From positions 141,987,741 to 142,051,740 of the forward strand of contig CM041465.1 in the NCBI GenBank assembly GCA_023213395.1: a DNA stretch of 64,000 bases, in the 5' to 3' direction. The stretch is from Cycas panzhihuaensis (Eukaryota > Plantae > Cycadophyta). Below are positions 23,816-36,700 of this stretch, piece after piece. Below the pieces are notes generated by a model that saw only the letters and a list, made by a program, of their open reading frames with translations, did no database searches and had not been told where the DNA came from. Position 1 is the stretch's first letter. Each line of letters starts with the position of its first letter. Position numbers and translations under genes: made by a program.

Positions 23816-26500
23816 CATTGATGTATGGTGTGCATAATTACCAACATTTTCTTATTACAAATAGGTTTTAATTACTCCATTGAATTTAACTTATGGCTTT
23901 CATATGCTATTAGATGATTGTTTTGGAGGATTATAACTCTTATTCCCACTCTAAATGTATTATATTCTAATATGAATAGGTTTTTAAAGTTTGGAGTTGT
24001 GAGTATTAGTGTTGTAACCATTGTTGTCTTCAATCCTTGAAATGCATCCTTGGCTAGTTGACTCTATATAAATTTATCATTCATGGTTAGATCCATCAAT
24101 GGTATTGCTATATAGGCATATCCCTTAATAAATCTATGTAAGAACCTACTGACCCCTAAATAACTTCTTATACATATTACCTTTTTTAGGTTTAGTTATT
24201 TTATAATTGCTTGGACTTTTTTTGGATCCATCTTGACATATTCTTGAGTGATAATATGTCTTAAATATTCTAGCTCTGTTACGTAAAAGTGTATTTTCTT
24301 TTGTTTGCAAAGAATTTATTATCCTTTAAGACTTATAATATGATCTTAAGATGCTTTATGTATTCCTCTCATGTCAAACTATAAATCAAAATATCATTGA
24401 AAATAATTAATATGAATTTATGTAAGAATCATTGAAACACTTGCTCTAGAAGGCGGTTGGAGCATTGATTAGCTCAAAGAGTATAACATGGAATTCAAAT
24501 AGCCCTTCATATTTATAAAAAGTTATTTTGTATATGTCTTTAAATTTAATACAGATCTAATGACATCCCAAATATATATTAATCTTTTAAAAATATTTTT
24601 CTCTATGTAACCCATCTAAGAGGTCATTAATTCGAGGAATCATATACCTATTCTTAAATATGAGTTTATTGAGTCCTTAATAATTTACCTACACGTGATA
24701 TGATTTATCTTTCTTTTAGGTTAATATAATTGGTGATATAAAAGGGCTAATGCTAGGGGTGATGTACTATTATTATAAGAGTTCTTGTGTAATCCATTCA
24801 ATCTTATTTTTGAAATGATATAGATGTTGATACAATCAAATATTTATAGGTGTTACCTTGAGGGTTAACTTAGTAGGTTGTTCACATCCACAACTTGGAT
24901 ATAACTCTTTGGGTGGTTCCTCAAGGACTTCATTATATTAGTAAATGAGGGCCTATACTTTTATTGGAATATCCTTAATTATAATTTTATAGTATGTTAT
25001 CATGTATAATGTGGGGATTTTCTTCAATAGTTTCTCCATATGATATGAATTCACTAGCTAATTTGGTAGCGTTGGGGGTGCTTGAACTTATGTTTGTATC
25101 TTTTTTGGAAAAAAACTCATGAAGAGAGTCTTGTAGTTGGTGACAATATTTCCTAGGTTTATAATTATTGTATTCCTAGGACCATGTCCACTCCACTTAT
25201 TAGCATAGTAAATATGCATGTAGTGGCATAAGAGTTAGTTATTTATATACACTCTTAGGCAATATCTTTTGTATGGCATAGTCTTACAATTAGTGATAAT
25301 GATATGATATGCATTCAATGATTGAATTATCAAACCTATCTTCTCTATCATTAGCTTATTTATAAAGTTATGAGTACTCCCGCTATCCACTAGGATGATT
25401 ATGTTTACATTTTTTATCATACCTTAGAATCATAATGTCTAAATAGTGGTGACTTCACTTGTGATTACTTGCAATAATATGTATGCATTTCTAATATTTG
25501 TATTATGTAATTCTTTAATCTTGGCTTCATCACCATCACTTTGTGGTTCTTCTTTAAATTCTTTTGGAATATCTATCTTCTCATTGTTGATTATGAATAC
25601 CTTGTTGGCTTGACAATTGTGGTCTAGATTCTATTTCCTCCTATATTTAAAACAAGTTCCTTTCTTAAGATGCTCTACTTTAGAAGATTTTCTCCTAACT
25701 AACCCATCTTTAAGTAAGGGGAAGATTTAACATTTATACGTGAATGATTCCAATTTGGTTGAAAATTTTGACCTTGATATTTAGAAGGGTCATTTTGGTG
25801 AACATAGCTTTGTCTTGCTTCATGATATTCGGGGTCCATATTCTTGGAATGATGAATTATGTTGCTTAAGGTTACTAAACCTATTATTTTTAAGTGGAAT
25901 TTAATATTTCCTCTATGTCTAGTGATATATGTTGTTATAAGTAGATTGTCTTCAATCTTCTTATTGACCAGGCCGTGTGAAGTTTATACTTACTTTTTAT
26001 AAATATGCACTAATGCTATTTACTAGAGGCATATGAGTTAGGTGAAATAATCTATGTTCCATATGTCTTTGTATTGTTCTATGAGGCTTATTTTCAAGAA
26101 GATCTAGTTATAATGTCTTGTCCCTTCAAATTTTCTATTCTGCCAGTGGAAGCATTTAAGGGCTTTCTCATATAAATGAAGGGATACTAAGAGGATTCTT
26201 TTTTTCAGGTGATAATGGATATGCCTTAAAATAGATCTCCATTTAGATTATCTAACTATAAATGTCTCTTAACTTATTTGGGTCAAATTTCTTTAGAAGA
26301 AATTTAGTGCCCCTAAGCCTATCTCAACTCAACTTGTGTGATAACTCTTCTAAATCCCATTCAAGATCTTTTTTATCATTATGAGATGTCATTGTTTCAT
26401 CCTTAATCTTTTTTGAGTAATTTTCTAATCTCTCTCATCTTTCTTTTTAAGAAGGCTAAGTCATCACTTATGCTATATACCCTAGAGTTTATATCCTCTA
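23816..26500 (-). pseudogene. G1 gag-protease-RT-RNase H, heavily degenerate
   Basis: ORF 25235-25420 has ILVDSGSTHNFI (gypsy aspartic protease). RT remnants include FEFHVIL/FELINAPT and FILIIFNDILIYS (decayed VFFDDILIYS) at ~24380-24500. Boundaries are approximate. Confidence 0.8.
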
Positions 26501-26683
26501 TGGTTATTGGTGACTAATTCATCATTTTACCTAACTAAAGTCCTTTCTTAGATCTTAACTCCTTTTTGTAGAAAAAAAATATCTTTTTTTCTTTCTAGGG
26601 TGGCCTAATTTTCTCTACTAGGGTTCTAAATATAGTGTTCTTTTCTAAAAATAAGGCCTTGATAATGAGGCTATGATACCACT

Positions 26684-27304
26684 TATGGAAATTCCATAGG
26701 GAATTAACACCTTAAATATAGAGAGTATCCACTCATAAATCTATGTTTTATAGTTTTATACAGGTAAACAACTAATGAAAATAATTACTAGAAAAATAAC
26801 ATCCACTTATAATATTAACTTCTAAAGTTTGATGTAGGTAAATAAGTAATAAAAGTAAAACTATAGAAAAAGGTATAATATTTTACAATATTAAGATCAC
26901 AAGATTGAGTATTACAATGATATACACTAGTAAAATGTGTATAAAAGTTATTGTACTTACAATAAATAAAAGCTAATCCTTTTGCTTCCTTTTTGAGGTG
27001 AGGCATCCTCTTTAGAATGTGTCTTAAGGCCAAAAATATAATAAACCTAAATGTACAAAATATAATCTTAAACCAAGGTCAAGAGCACCTATAAATAGGT
27101 AGTTAAACTTCATTTTAAATAGGTCTACTAGAATAATAAAGAAGTTAGCTAAAATGACATAATTAAATTGATTAGAATAAATATTAAGAAGTCAACCAGA
27201 ACAATACCAGAATCAACTAGGATAAACATTAAGAAGTCAACTAGAATAAGGATAAATAAGGTGATCAATTAGACCAACCCATCTTTTGTAGTAGGGACGC
27301 TACA
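26684..27304 (-). repeat. G1 5' LTR
   Basis: Minus strand begins TGTAGCGTCCC. PBS reverse complement GCTATGATACCA 26670-26681 after a 2-nt spacer. Copia integrase sequence starts abruptly at 27305. Confidence 0.8.
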
Positions 27305-29272
27305 TAAAAGCATGAAGTACATCCTTGTTGGGTACTTTGAGAAAAATAAAACATACAAAGTATATGAGTTTTTAACTTGAAAAGTTCACACAACTTATGA
27401 TGTAATCTTTTATAAATATGAGACTTAGAATATTAATGTTAAAGATTAGGTTGAAGAGTTTCTTAAATGCAGTTCTTTATGTAGCATTGTCTAACTAGAA
27501 TACGAGTCATTTAATATTAGTGAAGTAATAGAATTAGAATCCTTTCAATTTCTAAAAGTTGATTTTGAGTAGAAGCTTAAGATAGAGTCAAAGATGAAGC
27601 TTGGGCCAAAGCCACAAAAACTATTTTATGCTTGACCTTTATCTTTGAAGAAGAAGTTTTTAAAATGCTATTTAAAAATTATGGAGGATGCTGAAAAATA
27701 TTACTTGATTCTAAGGGAAAGTGAAAATTAAAAAATCCAAACCTTTGAACATATAAATATTGGAAAAATTAATATGAAGCTTTGATACCATGTTGGAAAA
27801 ATAGTATGCTATGAATACAAAAGATGAGATTATGTGGTGTGTGAATAATAAAACAATGAAGCACAATTTAATATAAGAGGTGGAAGAATAGCCAAACCTC
27901 AAATTAGAATGAAGAATAATATGCATACTTATAGTATAACTCACCACTTGTGATAGAACCCTCATTGGTCAATGTTGGAGGTGACACACATCTCTATATG
28001 GCTTAGGATAATTATAGAATTAGGTATTACACCCAATATTTTTTCCTTGTAATATATAATTACATAAATAAAATATCACATCAAAGATAAGTGTTGAATC
28101 TTTAAATGAATACTAGAACATAAGCTACTATAAGGATATAATCTGCTATTGATATCCATATGAAGAGAACACCATCTATCAGACCATATGGATAACTAAT
28201 TGTTACGACCACCAATTTACTAGGATGTTTCTTTATATACATTATTCAATCAATGCCAAGTCAACTTTATTCTAGGAACACACCATCCTATGTGACTGAA
28301 TAAGTAAACTAATGAAGAAATGCACAAGAGTAGATGAAGAGGGTTCCTATCTCTTAGTTATATAGGATAATATAAGTAACTTCTTTAGCTATAATGGCTA
28401 GAAATACATGGATCTAAGGCCTTACAATGGCACTATGGCCTTAAATTACCTCTGTGGGCTAAAATCATGCTATTATAAACTTATATCATGCCTCCAAATG
28501 CTAAAATACCAGTAATAAATGCTAATACATGATTAAAAAATGGATGTGACTAAAATACAATAAGAATAACTCTCTCAATAATAAATTTCAATGTGAAATG
28601 GGTTCTCTAGAGCCCAAAATGAGCCTTTATACAAGTTATCTCCCCCATTTGGGATACATTATCAATGAAATATATAATAAATGATATGGAATCTTAAAAA
28701 ATATATGTATGTGCCTAAAAATGCTAAAAAAAAAAGACAAATAAAGTTAAAAAGAAATTGACTTTGAGCTAAAATTTCTACATCAAATTAGCTCCAAATG
28801 TTATTAAGTGACCTGTCAAATGAAAGTGTTATTAGGTACAAACCCAACGCAACTAATGAGACTGAAAATAGAGTCTATATACTTAAGTTACAACCAAAAC
28901 AATGATGAAGACTCCAAGAAAACTAAAAATTTAAGGCTTATGCCCTTTCATCTACTAGTTGAGGTCACATGGGTGCTCAATATGACCAAGGGCTAATGGA
29001 CTAGGGGGCTAGGAAAAACTCAAACATTACCAAATGTAATTAAATTCATTTTTTCAAATATAAAATAATTTATGTTGATTTCATAAAAAATCACATTCGC
29101 CCAAAGGAAAAAAAATATATGCCAAAAATTAAAACTTAAATCTTTGATTAAAGAATAAAAATACCCTAAATCAAAATTAGGGTTTATCCATTTTTACATC
29201 TCTACATAAAATTTCTTCTTATGTTGCTATTTTTCTTCTCTGTTAAATATTTTTTGGGCCACCATTATTTTT

Positions 29273-30406
29273 CTATACAGGTGAGATAAATATGGCCACC
29301 ATGGTGTGTTGCAGGGAGGCAATAAGGTTCAGTTCTAGTGTAACAATGCTTTTGTTATCGAAGATGATTACAGGGGCAACCATAGCATGATGCAGGGTAG
29401 TGAGTAGACCAAGCATGATCTCCATGGTGGCTCTGTATGGCAAGAATGATTTCTTCATCAACTACAAGTGACTCTATCTTTATTTAGGCATTGAGGATAT
29501 CAACAAAGAGGCCATAACCTATTAAAAATCTTCTTTGACCTTGAAGAAAACAAAAACAATCCTCTTGATCTTATAATTTTCACTCTTTCTTATTACATAT
29601 CGCTCCACTATCTTTCTGCCTTTAGTTATTCTAATCTTTATTGAAGCTAGGTCTCTCTTCAAAGTTTTAAAGTCATCACGTACTGCTTCCTATTCATATT
29701 CCATATTAGTTATTGGTGGATAGCTTTCCTAAGTTCCATTTTCTTGAGACCCATTTTCCTAGGATATAAGTACTTTAATATTACTTGGCAAGTTATTTAG
29801 TAATAATCCACCTATCATAGCAGTTCTCACCTACTTAAAGAAAAGAACTTATACAACCACATGTAGAGATAGTCATTCATTTTATGTAGCATGCATATAG
29901 GCATCATTGATAACTTCTTACAATCCATCAATCTGCATATCTTTTTCCTCTCACTCTTTAGAATTATCAATATAGGCCAGATTTTATCCTTTAACATAAT
30001 TTTCATGCATCTTTCAACCTCATATTTCCAAAATTTACTCCTTCAAAATGGCAATCTCTATTAAATTATCATCCTCCAATAGCAAATCTAAACCCTCTCA
30101 ATGGACTACTTCAAAGAGATCCTCATCTCCCTCATCTTTTATCGAAGAAAAATAGAAATGAAGAGATGCATCCTCTTCTTGTATATTAGATGGTGTATTT
30201 GGGATTTCTTCAAATAAAAGTGGATCAATGTCATTAAATAGAGGACCTAAGCTTCTTAAAGAAACCTCTGAACTAGTGTCTAAAGAAACATCAAACCATT
30301 TCCAAGAGGATTATGAAGGCAAGGAGAATAAATTCTAGGGTAACACCTCACCTTCTTCTTCTCCATTCAAATATGGACTTGAGGAGACGTTGTGCTGCTT
30401 GGCTAA
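29273..30406 (-). pseudogene. Degenerate ~378-codon ORF of unknown function in element E
   Basis: One frame without apparent frameshift, in sense with E and in frame with ORF 29273-29461. Acidic N-terminal half, then coiled-coil-like segments. Many stops, mostly plausible as Gln/Arg/Trp codons hit by deamination. Confidence 0.5.
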
Positions 30407-31593
30407 AAAACTTTTTTCCCTTTCTTTCCCTTAAAAAATAATATATATAGTGTTTTTAATAATCTCCAAAAGATAAAATAGAACAGTTCTTTTGCATATA
30501 ATTTGAGATGTAGATTCATGGCTACATATATTTTTTTCTTTTTTTATTTATGTTTTACTATAGAAATAATACAGAAAGGTTATATATTTGAAGACATCCT
30601 CACCAAATTACTCAACTCTAAATTTTTTTAAATGTGGAGTTATTTCTAGCCTTTGGATAGCAAGAAAGGACTCTCTAAACTACTTTCAGCAACTCCATTA
30701 TAATCTACCCACTAGCATAAAAGGAGATTATTATAACAACTATATATGCTCAAAAAGAAATCTCCTCCTTGTTGATAGCAAACATGTTGTTCTGTAGGGT
30801 GATCAAGACTGCATGAGTAGTTAGTCTGCTTATTTTTCCTCTATGAATAGTAGCTTTAAAAATTCTTCAACATAGCACATTTTGCCTCTAAAATCTGCCA
30901 TTTTTGTCTTTCTTAGCTTTAAACAACTTCAAAAATATGCTTCAAAACAACCTTGAAACAACTTTAAAAAATAGACTTTTAATGGCTTTTAATAGCCTCT
31001 TAATAATATAAAAAATAACTCCTTGAAATGACAAAATGTAGTGATAAAATAGCCTCAAATGTATCTCAAAATATAATGAAAATAGTCTAAAAAATATGTA
31101 TAAAAATACAATATTAAATGCCTTCAAATATCTTAAAATAATCCTTTAAATGGATAAGGAATAAGTCACTAATCAAGCATAAAATAGATTCTTAAAAATA
31201 ACTTTATACCTCTTTAAAAATTTACAAAAAAATAGGCTCTAAAATAATGCCCTCAAGGATTCAAACCTTAGGCTCTGATACCATGTTGGAAAAATTAATA
31301 TAAAGCTTTAATACCATGTTAAAAGAATAATATGCTATGAATACAAAAGATGAAATTATATGGTGAGTCAATGATAAAATAATAAAGCACAAGAATAATA
31401 AAGTATGTACAAGTTAATATAAGAGATGGAAGAATGGGCAAATCTCAAATTAGAATGAAGAATGATGTACATACTTATAATACAACTCACCACCTATGAC
31501 AGAACCCTCATTAGTTAATGTTGGAGGTGACACATATTTCTATGTAGCTCACAATCTCAAATATAAAATACAAATAAATGTAGAGAGAGTATT

Positions 31594-31944
31594 TGTAATA
31601 TAATCCCACATTTCCTAAGCATTAGCAAGTGAGAGCTATTAAAGGGTTAAGGATTAATATTAGTTATTAAGATTTGTGCATGGACCACTAAACCATCCAA
31701 TAAGATGTAAGGCCACTAGGGTCACCAATAGAATCACAAAGAAGAAGACCCTTGCATGTCTATTTAAAGGGCCAAATATCACTTGTAATGGTTGTTGAGT
31801 ATTATTATATTTGAAAAGAAAGTACTTCAATACTCCTTTTGGTGATCAATTTAATTATGATATGTTCACATACTTATATTATTTTAACTTTTACTACTGG
31901 TGGTGTACATCTATAAGGTCAATTTTCTAAGAGGAAATACTCTA
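31594..31944 (+). mobile_element. Solo LTR of the element-G family inserted in the 5' LTR of E
   Basis: Collinear with the reverse complement of 33760-34106 (CCAATAAGATGTAAGGCC, CACCAATAGAATCA, TCACTTGTAATG, AAAGTACTTC). Flanks GTATT and GCATG match 3/5. Confidence 0.8.
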
Positions 31945-33759
31945 GCATGAATGGGGATAATTATGTAATTAGGTATTACACCCAAGAATAAACATAACTT
32001 TTATGGCATGTATATTAGATATAGATGAACCACCTACAATTGAAGAAGAACTTAAAGACTAAAAGTGGTATGATGCTATGGAGACTAAAATTTAAGTAGT
32101 TAAGAAAAACCACATATGGGGTTTGGTAGAATTGCCTGATAATAAGCATGTAATTAGATGCAAATGGATCTATGGAACTAAGTTTAAATTTGATGGTTCT
32201 ATAGATAAATACAAAGCATAAATTATAAAGAAATGCTTTAGATAAAAAGAAGGGATTGATTAATAATAAATATTCACTTTTATAATAAAGATGAATACTA
32301 TTTATCTTATTATGATGATAGTTGCATAGTTTAATTGGTAACTACACCATATGGATGTGAAAAGTGCACTTTTAAATGGGGATTTAAATGAAGAAGTCTA
32401 CATGGAGTAATTACTTGGCTTTATTAAAAAAAGTCATGAGCACTTAGTATGTCCACTTAGGAAGGCCTTGTATGACCTAAAGATTGATTATTAGCTTCAA
32501 CATAATGGGTTTGAAAAATCTCTAGCTAACTCAAATCTATACATCAAAGTAGGAAATGATAAAAACATATTTATGGCATTATATATTAATGATCTTATAA
32601 TCATAGATAATGATATTAATATGATATCATGCTTGAAGGTAGATCTTAGCCATTACTTTGAGATGATAGATCTAGGGATTCTATACTACTTTCTTATAGT
32701 GGAAGTATGATAAAGACCTGAGTATATCTTCATGTTGCACACAAAGAACACTTAGAGATTTTTAAAGAAATCCATAATAGATGACTATAAACCTATGCCT
32801 ACCTCCATAGATATAGGTTCTAGATTGATAGTAGAAGATGGTGGAGCAAATGTTGATTTAATATTATACAAGTAATTAGTAGAAAGTATAATATACTTTA
32901 CTATCCAACTTGATATATCTTTTGTAGTTAGAATGGTATTTATTACATAACCATTAGTGGTTGGCAAAGTTCTTATGAATGGACTCCTTATTAATAAGAA
33001 GTAGATATTAATGTTGACCATTAAAATATGCACATAGGCCAATAAAAGCTACCAATGGAAATAAAGGTTGAATGTCTCTCTAATGAGATTCATTTGCTAA
33101 ATGGCTAATTTGTCTATTTAAGGTCATATGGATGTAAAAGAAGATTAGTCTAGAATATGAAATTACTATTGCCCTTTAGTATGATCTTTTGGTGTTTATT
33201 TATGTTCCTTTTCTATGTTTTATTTTATATTTTCTATTTAGGTATGAAGAAATATTAGGAGGAACCATATTAAGTGGTATCAAAGCTTGGTTATGTGACT
33301 AAGAGGAGCTGTGCAAGATGTAAAAATTAGGCTTTTTTTTTCTCTAGCCAGATTGAGTACTCTCTCTACACAAGTAGAGATCAAGGAAAGACCTTCTTTT
33401 AGTACTCTCTCCATAAGGAGATTAAGGAATGAAACTAATAGCATTCAAGAATCACGTAGGAAAGGGAATTTTCCCCCCCTTGGTAATGGTCATACCTTTT
33501 CTTTGAATTTGATTCACTTAAATTTGGTTTTATTTTAATTACAGTACTTGTGTTGTCAGTCCAATGGTAAATAACTTCACTTGGCAACTACCCTTTCCTC
33601 TTTTGATCCTCATTCTTAAATTGATAACTCTACATAGTGATTACTGAAAGTAACTAGATAGAGACCCTATATTGAGGGTTTAAAAAAATCATATGGATTT
33701 GTCATTCTAGCTATGCATACTATTATTTTTCTTCCTCTTACATGAAGGAATAGAGATAA

Positions 33760-36700
33760 TGGGTTGTTCCTTCTTAGAAATCTGGACTTGTAGATGCGAA
33801 AATCAGTAGAAAAATGAAGCTAAAATAACATAAGTATGCAAGCAGATCATAGATAGTAAATCACTAAAATGAGTACCGAAGTACTTTCTCTTTCAAGATA
33901 CAATACTCAACGACATTACAAGTGATTTAACCCTTTAAATCCACAAGTAAGGGACTTCATCCTTATGATTCTATTGGTGGCCTTAGCGGCCTTACATCTT
34001 ATTGGACGACTTAGTGGTCTATACACACATGTTACGAAACACCTTAATCCTTACTCAGTGGTGGCTCTTGATCACTAATGCTAAGGAAAGGTGGGGTTAC
34101 GTAACAGGTCCCCCCCTCTGAGATGCTGAGTCCTCACAGCATTAGAGATGAGGATGTTGTTGGATGAACTCGTCAGATTCCCATGTAGCTTCATCTGCAT
34201 CACAGCCGACCCACTGTACCAAGTGTTCATAAATAATGCGATTCCAGAGGAATTGTGAGAGTTTTCTCTTCAGAGAGGATGGGTAAGGTTGTGTGGGATG
34301 TAACTTTAGCACCAAGGTATTTTTTTAGGTAGGACACACAGAAAACATTATGGATATTAGTATTTGGGGGAAGTTCGAGGGCGTAAGCAACTTCATTGAT
34401 TTTCTGTAGGATCTTATAAGGGCCATAGTAGCTAGGACTTAGTTTATGCACTTGATGTGACTTAAGGGATTGTTGATTATAGGGTTGGAGGCGAAGGTAT
34501 ACTAGATCTCTAATATTAAAGGATCGATCAGATCGGTGGTGGTCTGCAAGTTGCTTTAATCGATTTCAGGCAATGGCTAAATTCTGTCGAAGGTCATGCA
34601 AGATTTGATCCATTTCTTAAAGCTTTTGTTGCATAGAAGTTGTTTGAAAGTTTGTAGCTAGGGTATGGTGGGAAGGTGGATGGTAGCCATAAAGAGCAAA
34701 AAAAGAGGACATACCAATGGCAGAATGATGGGAAGAGTTATACCAATACTCGGCTAGGGCAAGCCATGAGGTCCACTTAGCTTGGTATTCTAAGGTAAAG
34801 CAACACATATAAGTTTCTAAAGTTTTGTTTATAACCTTAGATTATCCATCTATTTGTGGGTGGTAGGCAAAACTCATGTTAAATGAGGTTCCAACATCCT
34901 TAAAGAGTTCTTGCCAAAAGGAGCTAGTAAACTCAGGGTCTCAGTCACAAACGATAGATGATGGGAAGCCATGGAGGCAAAATATGAATTGGACATACAA
35001 GTTAGCGGGATGGGAGGATGAATATGAGGTGTGCAATGGAAGAAAGTATGAGTACTTAGTTAATCGATCAATGACTACCCAAATGGAGTCAAATCTGACA
35101 GATGGAGGTAGGCCTGTGATGAAGTCCATGGCAATATCTTGCTACTTGCCTTGAGGAATATTTAATGGTTGGACAAGGCCAGGAAGAGGTTTGGTCTCCA
35201 CTTTATTCTGTTGACAAGTGTCACATTCTAATACGAAGGTGAATATGGTGGTCTTCATATGGGGCCAAAAGAAATCTATGCGAATTCATCGATAAGTCTT
35301 ATCAAAGCCAGAGTGGCCACCGAGGGGATACAAGTGGTATTCTGTTAGGATTTTAGGGATGAATGAAGAGGAAGGATGGACAAAGATATGATTATGGTAG
35401 AGGAGGTGATTGTTAAAGGTTGACCAACCTTTATGGGTGAGGACTTTTTTTCTCCAATTAGGATAGTCTAGTTGGGCTTGATTTTCAACACATAGTTCAT
35501 CAAGCCAAAGTGGTTAGGGATTACTGATGGCATGGAGGCTTAGGTTAGGAACATTATCATTAGGGTGAAGATGTGAAAGAGCATCTGCCACTATATTGTC
35601 CTTGCCTTTTTTATAAGCTATTGAGAAGTCAAAAACTTACAATTGGTGAAACCACTTAGCTTGTTCTTCAAACAAGACTGACTGAGTTAAAAAATTATGG
35701 AGGCTACGATGATCCGTAAGAATAGTGAACTTAGATCCCAAGAGGTATTACCGCCATTTATCAATAGCATAGAGAATAGCCTTCATCTCTTTCTAATATG
35801 TAGAGAGACAAAGCTCGTGATCTTTTAATTTTTGGCTTTCGAATGTAATGAGATGAGAGTTTTGCATTAGGACTATGCTTAAACCAAACCCTAAAGCATC
35901 ATATTCAAGTTGGAAGGGTTGGTTAAAATCAGGGGTAATGAGGACTAGAGTGATGGTCATTATGACCTTGAGGTGAAAGAAGGAAGCATCCACTTTTGGA
36001 GACCATTAGAAAGCCTTTTTGCGAAGGAGGTTGGTTAATGGGATGGTAAGAGCAGCATAATTATGCATAAAGTGTCGATGAAAACTAGTAAGCCCAAGGA
36101 ATGCTTGTAGTTGGGTAAGAGTGGTAGGTGTAGGCCACGTTGTAATGACTAATATTTTATTAGGGTCTATGCATACCCCTTTTGATGATATGATTTGACT
36201 TATATAATTGAGTTCTGATTGCCCAAATGCACACTTAGATAGTTTTGCATAGAGTTTATGGTTTTGTAATATTTGGAGAACAATTTGTAGGTGTTGGATA
36301 TGGTGATCCAAGCAGGCACTATAAATAAGAATGTCATCGAAGAAAACTATGACAAACTTTTAAAGGTAGGGACCAAATATTTTATTCATGAGAGCTTGAA
36401 AGGTTGCGAGGGTATTGCAAAGGCCAAAGGGCATTGTATGAAACTCAAAATAGCCATGATGTGTGTGAAATGCTGTCTTTTGGCAATCTTATGGGGTAAT
36501 TAGGATTTGGTAGTACCCAGATTGGAGGTCTAACTTAGAAAAAATGGTTGCACCATGGATTTCGTCCAACATGTCATCTATGCGAGGGGTGGGAAACTTA
36601 TTTTTAATGGTAATCTTATTTAATTCCCTATAGTCAATGCAAAGGTGAAAGGAGCCATCCTTCTTCCTAACTAAGACAATTGGGGTTACATAAGGGCTTT

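Larger units (their letters stand above)
435..27304 (-). mobile_element. Ty3/gypsy LTR retrotransposon G1, degenerate, interrupted by A(+B), D and C; 3' end lies left of the window
   Basis: 5' LTR 26684-27304 and PBS 26670-26681. Minus-strand gag, protease, RT, RNase H and integrase pieces lie in gypsy order and rejoin across the nested inserts. Confidence 0.85.
27758..31987 (-). mobile_element. Element E: non-autonomous LTR element with duplicated PBS and an unknown ORF
   Basis: LTRs 31284-31987 (5', interrupted by a solo LTR) and 27758-28038 (3'). Perfect TSD ATAAA (27753-27757, 31988-31992). PBS reverse complement GCTCTGATACCA 31272-31283. Decayed PPT 28039-28048. Confidence 0.88.

Noticed and set aside
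28000-28010. ~400-bp deletion in the E 3' LTR
   Set aside because: Most of the length difference is a G-family solo LTR inserted in the 5' LTR (31594-31944). Only about 50 bp is really missing.
31250-31283. tRNA-Met gene
   Set aside because: Only the 3' ~13-26 nt including CCA match, directly beside an LTR. This is a PBS, with no cloverleaf.
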